Source: Phycisphaerae bacterium (GTDB taxonomy: Bacteria; Planctomycetota; Phycisphaerae; UBA1845; Fen-1342). Taken from it: a stretch of 64,000 nucleotides of DNA. Positions 50,566 to 59,863 of this stretch are shown here, piece after piece (position 1 is the stretch's first letter; every line of letters starts with the position of its first letter). The stretch lies in assembly GCA_050115495.1 (NCBI GenBank), contig JASFQK010000024.1:31039-95038 (forward strand). Reading direction: 5' to 3'. Below the pieces are notes generated by a model that was given only the letters and a program-made list of their open reading frames with translations, searched no databases and was not told where the DNA came from. The position numbers and the translations under genes are program-made.

Positions 50566-52068
50566 CTAGGCTTCCTCTGGGACCTCCGCGGCGGCCTCCT
50601 CCTCCGGACGGAGCGGACGCTGGAGCGGGAAGAGGATCACGTCGCGGATGCTGGTGCTGCCCGTGAGCAGCATCACCACGCGGTCGATGCCGATGCCGAG
50701 CCCGCCCGCCGGCGGCATGCCGTATTCGAGGGCTCGCACGAAGTCGTCGTCCATGACCGCCATGGTCTCTTCTTCCTCGCCGCGAAGCTGCCGGCTGAAC
50801 GTCTCGTGCTGGACGATGGGGTCGTTCAATTCGCAGTAGGCGTTACCGAGCTCCATGCCGTTGATGAACAGCTCGAAGCGCAGGGCGACGTTGGGGTCCT
50901 GCGGGTCGCGCTTGGTCAGCGGGCAGAGCGGAGCCGGCCAGTCGAGGACGAAGGTCGGGTTGATGAGCTGCGGCTCGACGTAGTGGTCGAACAGCGCGTG
51001 GATCACGACGGCGTCGTCGAGCTTCTGCTCGGGGATGTTCAGGTCGCGGGCCCGGGCGCGGATCGCCGGCAGGTCCGCCAGTTCCAGACCGACGTGCTCG
51101 CGAAACAGATCGGCGTACTTTCGGCGCGCCCAGGGGCCGCTGTAGTCGATCTCGCGGTCGCCGAAGGGCAGCCGTGTTGAGCCCATGACCTCGCGGGCGG
51201 CGCCGCCGATGAACGCCTCGCAGAAGTCCATCATGTCGTGATAGTCGCCGTACGCCTGGTAGAGCTCGAGCATCGTGAATTCGGGGTTGTGGCGCGGGCT
51301 GATGCCCTCGTTGCGGAAGCAGCGGGCGATCTCGTAGACGCGCTCCAGCCCCCCGACGAGGCAGCGCTTCAGGTACAGCTCGGGCGAGATGCGCAAATAC
51401 AGCCGCATGTCGAGCGTGTTGTGGTGCGTCAGGAACGGACGCGCTGCCGCTCCGCCGTAGATCGGCTGCAAGACGGGCGTCTCGACCTCGATGAAGCCGC
51501 GCTCGTGCAGCAGCCGGCGGCCGTATTCGATGATCTGGGCCCGGCGGATGAACACGTCGCGGGCCGGCGGATTCGAGAAGAGGTCGACCGCCCGGTGCCG
51601 GTAGCGCAGCTCGACGTCGGTCAAGCCGTGCCATTTCGCGGGCGGCGGGCGCAGAGACTTGCTCAAGACCGCCAGATTCGTCACCCACAGCGTCAACTCG
51701 CCGGTCTTGGTCCGGCCGAGCCGACCGTCGGCACCGACGATGTCGCCGAGGTCGAGGAGCTTGGCGATCTTGAAGCCGGGTTCGACGACGGTCCGCTTGG
51801 AGAGGCCGAACTGGAGGTCGCCGGTGGCGTCGCGGACGGTCAGGAAGATCAGGCTGCCGATGTCGCGGTGCAGGACAACGCGGCCGGCCAGCCGGAAGGT
51901 CGCTTGCGGGCCGTCCAGGATCTCCCCCGCCGGGATCTCGAACCCGTCGGCGGCGGCGCGGACGGCGGCGACACGGGTCACGCCCTCGTAGCGTGTGCCG
52001 TAGGGGTCCACGCCCAGGTCGCGGAGCTTGTCGAGTTTCGCCTTTCGGTCGGTAATCTGATCGCTCAT
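50566..52068 (-). CDS. lysS: Lysine--tRNA ligase (class II)
   Basis: GGAAARPF.THHN, LRISPELYLKR, FRNEG..HNPEFTMLE, EYGMPPAGGLGIGIDR. Confidence 0.98.
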   Translation of the reverse strand: MSDQITDRKAKLDKLRDLGVDPYGTRYEGVTRVAAVRAAADGFEIPAGEILDGPQATFRLAGRVVLHRDIGSLIFLTVRDATGDLQFGLSKRTVVEPGFKIAKLLDLGDIVGADGRLGRTKTGELTLWVTNLAVLSKSLRPPPAKWHGLTDVELRYRHRAVDLFSNPPARDVFIRRAQIIEYGRRLLHERGFIEVETPVLQPIYGGAAARPFLTHHNTLDMRLYLRISPELYLKRCLVGGLERVYEIARCFRNEGISPRHNPEFTMLELYQAYGDYHDMMDFCEAFIGGAAREVMGSTRLPFGDREIDYSGPWARRKYADLFREHVGLELADLPAIRARARDLNIPEQKLDDAVVIHALFDHYVEPQLINPTFVLDWPAPLCPLTKRDPQDPNVALRFELFINGMELGNAYCELNDPIVQHETFSRQLRGEEEETMAVMDDDFVRALEYGMPPAGGLGIGIDRVVMLLTGSTSIRDVILFPLQRPLRPEEEAAAEVPEEA

Positions 52069-52258
52069 AGGGCGCGTACTATATCGTGGCCTCCCCGCGG
52101 ACCCAACCCCGGCTCCGCTCAGCACATGGGCGCCGCGGCCCCCGGGCGAACCGGCCCACAGACCGGCACCTTAACAGACGAGCTCCGCCGCGCCGGCGTT
52201 TCGCGGGAGCGCTTGCCCGGACACCGCCGTTCGCCGATGATAAGGGTGTTAGCAGCCT

Positions 52259-52354
52259 GGGAGTGTCCGGGCACCTGGTGGGCTCCGCGGCCTTCAAAGC
52301 CGTTGAGAGGCAGTACAAGCTGTCTCTGGTGGGTTCGATTCCCATCCACTCCCG
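52259..52354 (+). tRNA. selC: tRNA-Sec (anticodon UCA)
   Basis: Acceptor GGGAGTG/CACTCCC plus discriminator G; long D-stem with TGGT loop; GCGGC-CTTCAAA-GCCGT anticodon arm; 8-bp variable arm AGAGGCAG/CTGTCTCT; GTGGG-TTCGATT-CCCAT; CCA not encoded. Confidence 0.93.
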
Positions 52355-52381
52355 TTCGCCGCCGCCCCGGGCGGCGGCGAA
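52355..52381. terminator. GC-rich hairpin directly after tRNA-Sec
   Basis: TTCGCCGCCGCC-CCG-GGCGGCGGCGAA, 12-bp stem. Confidence 0.55.
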
Positions 52382-52520
52382 AGAGCAAGTGAGCAGAAGA
52401 ACAGGTGAGCAGGAGAGCGCGGACATCGTCCGCCGGGGAGCAGGCGATCGCTGGCCGGCAACCGGCTCACCTGCGGCCCCCTGCTCCACTGCTCACCTGA
52501 TCCATTCTGGGGGTCGGCTG

Positions 52521-52580
52521 ATGACCTTCCCGTTCGAGAAGTTGGGCGTCTGTAAGAAGAGCGACGGCTTCCACGGTTGA
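52521..52580 (+). pseudogene. Possible N-terminal remnant of a four-helix-bundle (23S rRNA IVP-like) gene
   Basis: MTFPFEKLGVCKKS resembles the F-E-K-L-x-V-Y/W-Q-K start of that family; preceded by short degenerate GAGCA(G/A) repeats. Confidence 0.4.
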
Positions 52581-52596
52581 CGCCAGGGAGACAGGC

Positions 52597-53253
52597 ATGA
52601 GCGAGGAAGCACCGGCGAAGGAAGCACGATCGAGCACGAGGTTCCTCGTCATCGGCTTGATCGGTGTGCTGCTGGCGGGCGGGCTGAACGTCTTCGCGGA
52701 TTACGCCGCAGTGGCTCCGTGGGGATCGATATCTTTCCTGGCCGTGGGCCCTGCGTCCGTGCTGATCGGGCTGTTCTGCATCGGAACGATCCCGATTGCG
52801 GCGGTTTGTTGCCTCTCGCGCAGACTCCGCGAGCGGGCGTGCCAAGTCATCATGATCAGCGTCTTCTTCGTCATCGTCCTCTTCGTGGCCCTCCGAATCG
52901 GCGGCAAGGTCCGCATGAGCGGCTTTCGTGCACTGGCCCAGCGGAGCGCACTACTGGTGCAGGCAATCAAGTCGTACGAGCAGGCCCACGGCAGCCCGCC
53001 GCCGAACCTGGAGGCGCTCGTGCCCGAGTTCCTGCCCGCGGTCCCCGGCACGGGAATGGGCGCGTACCCGCAGTATCAGTACTGCGCCAGCAAAGAAAGG
53101 ACCCGCGCGGGCAATCCGTGGAGGCTCGTCGTGCCCTGCTCCATCGGGTTCGCGAACACGGATGAGTTCGTCTACTTGCCCAAGCAGAATTATGGCCCGC
53201 GGATTGGCGGCTGGTATGAGCAAGTGGAAGACTGGGGGTACTTCCACGAATAG
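52597..53253 (+). CDS. Hypothetical membrane protein with pseudopilin-like (GspG-like) segment
   Basis: Three TM helices, then AIKSYEQAHGSPPPNLEALVPEFLPAVP. Confidence 0.75.
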   Translation: MSEEAPAKEARSSTRFLVIGLIGVLLAGGLNVFADYAAVAPWGSISFLAVGPASVLIGLFCIGTIPIAAVCCLSRRLRERACQVIMISVFFVIVLFVALRIGGKVRMSGFRALAQRSALLVQAIKSYEQAHGSPPPNLEALVPEFLPAVPGTGMGAYPQYQYCASKERTRAGNPWRLVVPCSIGFANTDEFVYLPKQNYGPRIGGWYEQVEDWGYFHE

Positions 53254-53291
53254 ACGCGGGCAACCGCAGCGGACATTCGCGGGGCAGCGCG

Positions 53292-53567
53292 GTGTTTGAG
53301 ACGGCGAATTACATCGAGGCGGGATTGTGGGGCGTGATCGGCGTGGCGTTCCTCGTGCGGGCGCTGCTGCGGGCGGCCAGCCGCCGCGTCGCCCTGCTGG
53401 CCGCCGGCGTGTTCATCGCGTTCGGTCTGTCGGACGTGGTCGAGGCGCACACCGGCGCGTGGTGGAAGCCCCCGTGGCTGTTCGTGTGGAAGGCGATCTG
53501 CGTGGTGGCGATGGTCGGGCTGCTGATCTGGTATCAGCGGTCACGCCGGACGAGAGAACCCCGTTGA
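53292..53567 (+). CDS. Small 3-TM hypothetical protein
   Basis: NYIEAGLW, FGLSDVVE..TGAWW.PPWL.VWK. Confidence 0.75.
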   Translation: MFETANYIEAGLWGVIGVAFLVRALLRAASRRVALLAAGVFIAFGLSDVVEAHTGAWWKPPWLFVWKAICVVAMVGLLIWYQRSRRTREPR

Positions 53568-53682
53568 AACGGGGTGATGAACGGCGAAAGAGAGGATGGG
53601 GACGGCGGCGCGTCTAACCAGCCCTCAAAGGGCTGGCCCAGTAGCCTGCCTGCGGCGGGAAACGCCGCTGAAGCGGCGTAAC
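53558..53682. repeat. Cluster of three short palindromes between convergent genes
   Basis: ACCCCG-TTGAAA-CGGGGT, CCAGCCC-TCAAA-GGGCTGG, ACGCCGC-TGAA-GCGGCGT. Confidence 0.6.
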
Positions 53683-53757
53683 GCCGCCATCGACGCCCAC
53701 CGCACACACGTCAACGATCCGCGAGCCGCGCTCCGCCAGCGCACCTTCCGCCCGCGC

Positions 53758-55386
53758 TCATTCATCCAGGGTCAGGACGATGTCGTCATCGTCGGCGCCG
53801 TCATCTTCGCCGTCCTCGCCGACACTCCACACACAATACCCCCCGCCGTGGCGTTCGTAATGGAGATCGCCGCCGGTGAAGTGGTCCTGTGGGACGGCCG
53901 CGAGGTACCGCGGGGCCAGGGCGGCGAGCGTGTCCGGATAGTCCTCATGGTCGGCACGGTAGGCCGCCAGCGCCAGAGCGAGCCGCGCGGACTCCTCCAT
54001 TACGGCCAGGCGAACGTCGGTCAGGGCGACGTTGGCGTCGGACAACATGAAAGCCAGCAGCGTGTAGACAATGACATCATCCAGGTATTGCCGCTTGGCC
54101 CGGCTGCTCGACAGCAGCAGCGCTACCTGGGCCAGAGCACCTTTTCTGGTAATCCGCTGTTCGAGCTCGGAGAGCAGCCGCTCGCTCGATGCGGCGACGT
54201 TCCGGACCATCCGCGAACGGCTCGGGAAGTCCGGACAGACTACCGCCTCGTGGACGTCGTCGTAGACGGCGTTGATCCGGGTCATGACGTCGTTCGCATC
54301 CACCGAGAACCCCCATTGGGACGCAGGTAAGGCAACGTCGAGCGACTGGAGCATCGCCCGGTCCCGCGCCAGTCGCATCATGAAGTCCAGCGACATCAGC
54401 CGCATCAACAGCACATCCGCTTCGCCCACGTAGCCCGCCGGTGGCAACGCGTCGTAGGCGTGGAGCATCTCCATCGCCCGGGCGGAAGTCAGATCCTGTC
54501 CGTGGGCAATCCGCGTGATAATCGCCACGCCGTCACGGCGAAGCAGCAGGGCGCCGTAGACCTGACCGCCGCTCTTCACATCCGCCAGCAGACGACCCAG
54601 ATAGCACATCAGCAGCGCGTCATCCCACGCACCGGCGAGGTCGCCCTGCCCCAGGCGAAGCGTGGCCCGACAGACGAGCACCTGCCGGAGCTCCGGCAGA
54701 ACGCCGTCGGCGAGGAGCGAACGGAGCTCCACCTCCGGCGGGCTGGCCAGCGAGATCATCGGCAGAAAGAACGCTTCGTGCCGCTTCAGTCCGACGATCC
54801 TGTCCAGCACCGGCTCGTTCGCCGTGAGCCAGTCGGTCACGATGCGCAATTCCTCAGACCGCCAGGGCTGCGTGGTGGCCTGCTCGATCTGGGCATCGGC
54901 CAGTTCCCGCAGCGGTGTCGGCTCCCGGTACGCATCGCCCAAAGCCTGCCGGATCAACTGCCGCAGATGGCGGTCCTGCTCGGTCTCCGGCGCCTGCTCC
55001 TCCGCCGGCGGGATCAGGGCTTCGTACTCGGCGGCGTGCGCCCGAAGGTGGTCCTCCAGCCGGACGAAGTGCGGATCGTCATCGGAGAAGTTGAGCTTCA
55101 GGGCGGCGATCGCCGACGGTCGCAGGTCGGCGGACAGCGCCCTCGGCCCCAGCGCCTCGATGATGGGCACCGCCATGTTCTCAGCCGGGGCGACAGCGCC
55201 GCCGACGTGCTGGTTATAGGCGGCGACGTAGTTGACGGTTCCGTCCGCGTTGAGCGGCTCCGTGAAATACGTGGTCGGCCCGGAAACGACCAACGGCACC
55301 GGTGGCAACGGCCAGAAGGAGCGCGCCAACACGAAGCCCCAAACGACGAAATCCGCCAGCGAAAGAATCACCCCACGCCTCCGCAT
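53758..55386 (-). CDS. Hypothetical membrane-anchored protein with GspG-like C-terminus
   Basis: TTYFTEPLNADGTVNYVAA; ALAAYRADHEDYPDTLAAL.P.YL..VP.D.F..WSVGEDGEDDG. Confidence 0.8.
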   Translation of the reverse strand: MRRRGVILSLADFVVWGFVLARSFWPLPPVPLVVSGPTTYFTEPLNADGTVNYVAAYNQHVGGAVAPAENMAVPIIEALGPRALSADLRPSAIAALKLNFSDDDPHFVRLEDHLRAHAAEYEALIPPAEEQAPETEQDRHLRQLIRQALGDAYREPTPLRELADAQIEQATTQPWRSEELRIVTDWLTANEPVLDRIVGLKRHEAFFLPMISLASPPEVELRSLLADGVLPELRQVLVCRATLRLGQGDLAGAWDDALLMCYLGRLLADVKSGGQVYGALLLRRDGVAIITRIAHGQDLTSARAMEMLHAYDALPPAGYVGEADVLLMRLMSLDFMMRLARDRAMLQSLDVALPASQWGFSVDANDVMTRINAVYDDVHEAVVCPDFPSRSRMVRNVAASSERLLSELEQRITRKGALAQVALLLSSSRAKRQYLDDVIVYTLLAFMLSDANVALTDVRLAVMEESARLALALAAYRADHEDYPDTLAALAPRYLAAVPQDHFTGGDLHYERHGGGYCVWSVGEDGEDDGADDDDIVLTLDE

Positions 55387-55542
55387 GGTCTGTGGTCGCC
55401 CGGTCCTCGCCGCCGGTGACCGATGGCACCACCTGCGCCGGGGCATGCAGACCACACGCAGGAGCAAGCCCCACGCAACCGGCGCGTACAGTCTATAGAG
55501 GAGCGTGCGGCTCGGCAATTGACGCCGCACGCACCGAAGCGT

Positions 55543-56265
55543 TCACACGCCCGGCGGATCATCGTCGCTCGGGCTGGGCTCTTGCTTGACCAGCGCCGAG
55601 GCGATCAGCCCGGAGGGAATGGCCACTACGCCGAGCCCCAGCACCAGGATGATGAACGTAAAGATTTTGCCAGCGACCGTGACGGGGTACACGTCGCCGT
55701 AGCCCACCGTCGTCAGCGTGGCCACCGCCCACCACATCGCGTGGAAGACCGAGCGGAACACCTCCGGCTGAGCGTCGTGCTCGCAGTAGTAAATGCCCAC
55801 CGACGCCAGATACAACAAGGCCACAGCTACGCCGCAGAAGACGACCAGTTCGTCCTTGATGTCGGCGAGCGCGCGGTGCAGCCGCTCGTACGCCGTACCG
55901 TAACGCTGGAGCTTCGCCAGCCGCAGCAGCCGCAACAGCCGGAGGATTCGCACGAACCGCAGGTCAACGACGCCGAGCGACACGTAGAACGGCAGGATCG
56001 CCAACAGGTCGACCACACCCAGGAAGCTGCGGGCGTACGCAAGGCGTTTGCAGGCCAGCCGCAACGCGTACTCCAGCGTGAAGATAGCCACGATGATCCG
56101 CTCACTCCACGACAACCAGGCCTCGTACGGCGCCAGTTCCGGCAGCGTCTCCAGCGCGACCTGCACGAGCGAGAGGATGATGAGCGTGTAGATGATGTAA
56201 TCGAACGTGCGCCCCGGCCTGGTATGCGGGTCGGTCAGGGACTTCAGCCAGCCTGTGATGCGCAT
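55543..56265 (-). CDS. Voltage-gated potassium channel (ion transporter)
   Basis: S4 segment RFVRILRLLRLLRLAKL; pore WWAVATLTTVGYGD. Confidence 0.93.
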   Translation of the reverse strand: MRITGWLKSLTDPHTRPGRTFDYIIYTLIILSLVQVALETLPELAPYEAWLSWSERIIVAIFTLEYALRLACKRLAYARSFLGVVDLLAILPFYVSLGVVDLRFVRILRLLRLLRLAKLQRYGTAYERLHRALADIKDELVVFCGVAVALLYLASVGIYYCEHDAQPEVFRSVFHAMWWAVATLTTVGYGDVYPVTVAGKIFTFIILVLGLGVVAIPSGLIASALVKQEPSPSDDDPPGV

Positions 56266-56517
56266 TACCGAACCACCAACAACAGCCATACTGCCGTTTG
56301 CCCTCGACGCAATCTCGGCTGACCGCAGGCCGGTCGCCGAACCGGAGGCTACCGCCAGGCCGCCGACGGGTCCACAGGCCGGAATGATGCGCCTGTCGGG
56401 ACCGGCCCTCGCCCGACGGTTGGGGAAACGTGCCCCCCCTACCGCCGCCGGCGACAGCGCGTATACTGCGCTACACAGCGTTTGGTGCCGATTCTGACCG
56501 CGATGGGGAGACGCCGG

Positions 56518-57405
56518 ATGGACGCGAACCCCCTGCCCATGATCGCCGATCCGCCGCGGGCGGTGCCGCTGCTGGTGCGCGGGCGGGTGCTCTGCGGCGG
56601 GTTCGCCAACCAGTTCGGCTGGCTGTTCCTCGGCTTCGGACTGGTCTTCGTCTGGATCTTCGTGGGCTTCGGGGACGTCAGCTCGATCTTCATCTTCCGC
56701 GGCGAACTGGACACGGCGATGGGACACGTCACGCACGGCGAGAAGACCAGCTTCTCCGAAGGTGGCGACGAGAACAACGACGGCACGCCCATCTACGCCA
56801 TTCACTATACGTTCACCGACGAAGACGACCGCACATACGACGGCGTCTCGTACGCCACCGGGCGCGAACTGGACGCCGGAGCGAACGTGACCATCGAGTT
56901 TCCCGCCGGCTCGCCGGAGACGTCGCGGATCCGCGGCATGCGCCGGGCGCCGTTCGGGGCGCTGGTGCTCATCACCTGGGTGTTCCCGCTGGTGGGCGCG
57001 ATCTTCGTCGTGGCCGGGCTGCGGAAGGGCGTGCGCGGCGGCTACCTGCTGCGTAACGGCCGGCTGGCCCATGGGCGACTCCTGGACAAGAAGACGACGA
57101 ACACGCGGATCAACAACCGGATGGTCTACAAGTTGACGTTCGCCTTCGAGGCCGACGACGGCGTCACGTACGAAGCCATCGCCCGCTCGCACGAGCCGGA
57201 GAAGCTCGAAGACGAAGCCGATGAGCTGCTGCTATACGACCCGCTGCGTCCGGAGAAAGCCGTGTTGCTGGACAACCTGCCCGGCCAGCCGCGCTTCGAC
57301 GAGTTCGGCCAGATCCGCACGGGCAGCGTGCGTGCGGCTCTGCGCGTGCTGATTCTCCCCGCCGTCACCATCATCGGGCATGGGCTGTACGCCCTGCTGC
57401 GCTGA
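56518..57405 (+). CDS. DUF3592-like membrane protein, paralogue 1
   Basis: TM-beta-TM-beta architecture; GGFANQFGW, YTFTDEDDRTYDGVSY, SRIRGMRRAPFG. Confidence 0.8.
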   Translation: MDANPLPMIADPPRAVPLLVRGRVLCGGFANQFGWLFLGFGLVFVWIFVGFGDVSSIFIFRGELDTAMGHVTHGEKTSFSEGGDENNDGTPIYAIHYTFTDEDDRTYDGVSYATGRELDAGANVTIEFPAGSPETSRIRGMRRAPFGALVLITWVFPLVGAIFVVAGLRKGVRGGYLLRNGRLAHGRLLDKKTTNTRINNRMVYKLTFAFEADDGVTYEAIARSHEPEKLEDEADELLLYDPLRPEKAVLLDNLPGQPRFDEFGQIRTGSVRAALRVLILPAVTIIGHGLYALLR

Positions 57406-57535
57406 ACGCCAACGGCCGCACGCGAATCCCGGCGTACGCCCCCCTGGCACCCCCTTTCAATCCCCGCAACAATGCCCGGCGGCGACCGCGCCGGGAGTGT
57501 CCCGCGGGAAGTGCTGACCACCTGAGGACCTGATC

Positions 57536-58912
57536 ATGAAACTCGCCTTCATCCAGACCATCTGTCTCTGCGCGCTGGGCATCGGCCTGGGTGCTCTCAC
57601 ACCTGCGGCCGTCGCCGACGAACCGGCCAACGCTGCAGATGGCGCCTGGCCGCAGTGGCGCGGGCCAAATGGCAACGGCGTCGCTCCGCACGGCGATCCG
57701 CCCACGACCTGGAGCGAAGGTCAGAACATCCGCTGGAAGGTCGAGATCCCCGGGCGCGGCCACGCCAGTCCGATCGTCTGGGGCGACCGCATCTACATCC
57801 AGACCGCCATCAAGACCGATAAGCTCGCCGACGCGGGCCAGGACTCCGCCGCGCCGGAGCCGCCGGCGGAGGGTCGGCGCGGCCGACGAGGCAGCCCGCC
57901 ACCGACCCACATCCACCAGTACATGCTCCTGGCGCTCGATCGGGCGACCGGGAAGACCATCTGGCAAAAGACGCTTTGCGAAGCACTGCCGGCCGAAAGC
58001 GGTCACCAGAACGCCAGTCCGGCGTCCGCCTCGCCCGTCACCGATGGCGAGCACATCCTCGCGCATTTCGGCTCGCAAGGCCTCTATGCCCTCGACATGG
58101 CCGGCAACGTCCTCTGGCACAAGGAGCTCGGCCGGATGACGACGCGCGGCGGCTTCGGCGAAGGCGCGTCGCCGGCGCTGCACGGCGATACGGTCGTAAT
58201 CAACTGGGATCACGAAGGCGATTCGTTCATCGTCGCCCTGGACAAGCGAACGGGCGAGGAGCGCTGGCGGGTAGCACGCGACGAACGAACGTCCTGGGCA
58301 ACGCCGGTGTTCGTGACCGCGGGCGGCAGAGTGCAGGTCGTCGTCAACGGCGCCAATCGGATCCGGGCGTACGACCTGGCCACGGGCGAAGTCGTATGGC
58401 AGTGCGATGGCATGACGGAGAACGTCGTCCCGACGCCGGTCTGGGACGATAAGCGGCTGTACTGCCTCAGCGGCTTCCGCGGCGCCGGGCTCGTGGCGAT
58501 CCGCTATGGCGAGGCCCGGGGCGAAATCACGAATACGTCGGCGGTGGCCTGGATCTACGACGGCAAGGGCACGCCGTACGTACCCTCCCCCGCGCTGTAC
58601 GACGGGGCGCTCTACTTCCTCGCGGAAAACCGCGAGCAGCTCTCGTGCGTCGACGCCCGCACCGGCCGGGTTCACTACAGCCGCGAGCGGCTCGATGGTC
58701 TGGACGGGGTGTACGCCTCGATCGTTGCCGCCAACGGACACGTCTACGTCGTCGGCCGCAACGGCAAGACGGCGGTGCTGGCCCACGGACCGGAGCTGCG
58801 GACACTGGCCACGAACGAGCTGGACGACAGCTTCACCGCTTCGCCGGCGATCGCGGGTCGGGAGCTCTTCCTGCGCGGACACAAGTACCTATACTGCATC
58901 GCCGAACCGTAA
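57536..58912 (+). CDS. PQQ-binding-like beta-propeller (BamB-like) protein
   Basis: Signal peptide; WPQWRGPNGNG, WSEGQNIRWK, GHASPIVWGD, ASPAIAG.ELFLRG. Confidence 0.9.
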   Translation: MKLAFIQTICLCALGIGLGALTPAAVADEPANAADGAWPQWRGPNGNGVAPHGDPPTTWSEGQNIRWKVEIPGRGHASPIVWGDRIYIQTAIKTDKLADAGQDSAAPEPPAEGRRGRRGSPPPTHIHQYMLLALDRATGKTIWQKTLCEALPAESGHQNASPASASPVTDGEHILAHFGSQGLYALDMAGNVLWHKELGRMTTRGGFGEGASPALHGDTVVINWDHEGDSFIVALDKRTGEERWRVARDERTSWATPVFVTAGGRVQVVVNGANRIRAYDLATGEVVWQCDGMTENVVPTPVWDDKRLYCLSGFRGAGLVAIRYGEARGEITNTSAVAWIYDGKGTPYVPSPALYDGALYFLAENREQLSCVDARTGRVHYSRERLDGLDGVYASIVAANGHVYVVGRNGKTAVLAHGPELRTLATNELDDSFTASPAIAGRELFLRGHKYLYCIAEP

Positions 58913-58945
58913 GCCCCGACCGTGCCGGCGACGAAGGACGAGCCG

Positions 58946-59833
58946 ATGACGGAACGCAAGCTGCCCATGATCGCCGAACCGCCGCGAGCGGTGCCGTCGC
59001 CGGTGCGTCTGCGGATTCTCTTCGGCGGGTTCGCCAACCAGTTCGGCTGGTTCTTCTTCTGCCTCGGGCTGGTCTTCGTCTGGATCTTCGGCAGTTTTGG
59101 CGACATCAAGGGGTTCTTCATCTTCCGCGGCGACCTGGCCACGGCGCCCGGACGCGTCACGCACAGCGAGCCGAGCGGCTTCACCGAAGGCAGCCGGCGG
59201 TCCGACGGCGGGACACCCATCTACGCGGTGCATTACACGTTCGCCGACGAGGACGGCCGGACGTACGAGGGCGTCTCGTACGCGGCCGGGCAGGAATTGC
59301 CCGCCGGGGCGCAAGTGACGGTCGAATTCCCCGCCGGCTCGCCGGGGACGTCGCGCATTCGCGGCATGCGTCGGGCACCGTTCGGCGCGGTCGTCGCCCT
59401 GGTCGGCATGTTCCCGCTCACGGGCGTGGGTTTCCTGGTGGTCGGGCTGTGGGGCGGGTTGCGTGCGGGCCGCCTGCTGCGTCACGGGCGTCTGTCCGCC
59501 GGCCGGCTGGTGGCGAAGAAGCGGACGTCGGCGAGGGTCAACGGCCGGCGCGTGTACAAGCTGAAGTTCGCCTTCGTGGCGGAGGACGGCCTGACGTACG
59601 AAGCCGTCGCCCGCACGAATCAGCCGGAAACGCTCGAAGACGAGGACGAGAAGCTGCTGCTATACGACCCGGCACGTCCGCAACAGGCCGTGCTGCTGGA
59701 CAACCTCCCCGGCCGCCCGCGTTTCGACGACACGGGCGAAATGGCCCCCGGCAACCCCGCGCCAACCGTAGGCGTCCTGATCCTCCCCGCGCTCGCCATC
59801 ATCGGTCTGGTGCTGTATCTGCTGCTGGGCTGA
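58946..59833 (+). CDS. DUF3592-like membrane protein, paralogue 2
   Basis: Collinear with and highly similar to 56518-57405. Confidence 0.8.
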   Translation: MTERKLPMIAEPPRAVPSPVRLRILFGGFANQFGWFFFCLGLVFVWIFGSFGDIKGFFIFRGDLATAPGRVTHSEPSGFTEGSRRSDGGTPIYAVHYTFADEDGRTYEGVSYAAGQELPAGAQVTVEFPAGSPGTSRIRGMRRAPFGAVVALVGMFPLTGVGFLVVGLWGGLRAGRLLRHGRLSAGRLVAKKRTSARVNGRRVYKLKFAFVAEDGLTYEAVARTNQPETLEDEDEKLLLYDPARPQQAVLLDNLPGRPRFDDTGEMAPGNPAPTVGVLILPALAIIGLVLYLLLG

Positions 59834-59863
59834 GCACGCGTCGACCTTGCTCTCGGTTGCCGG

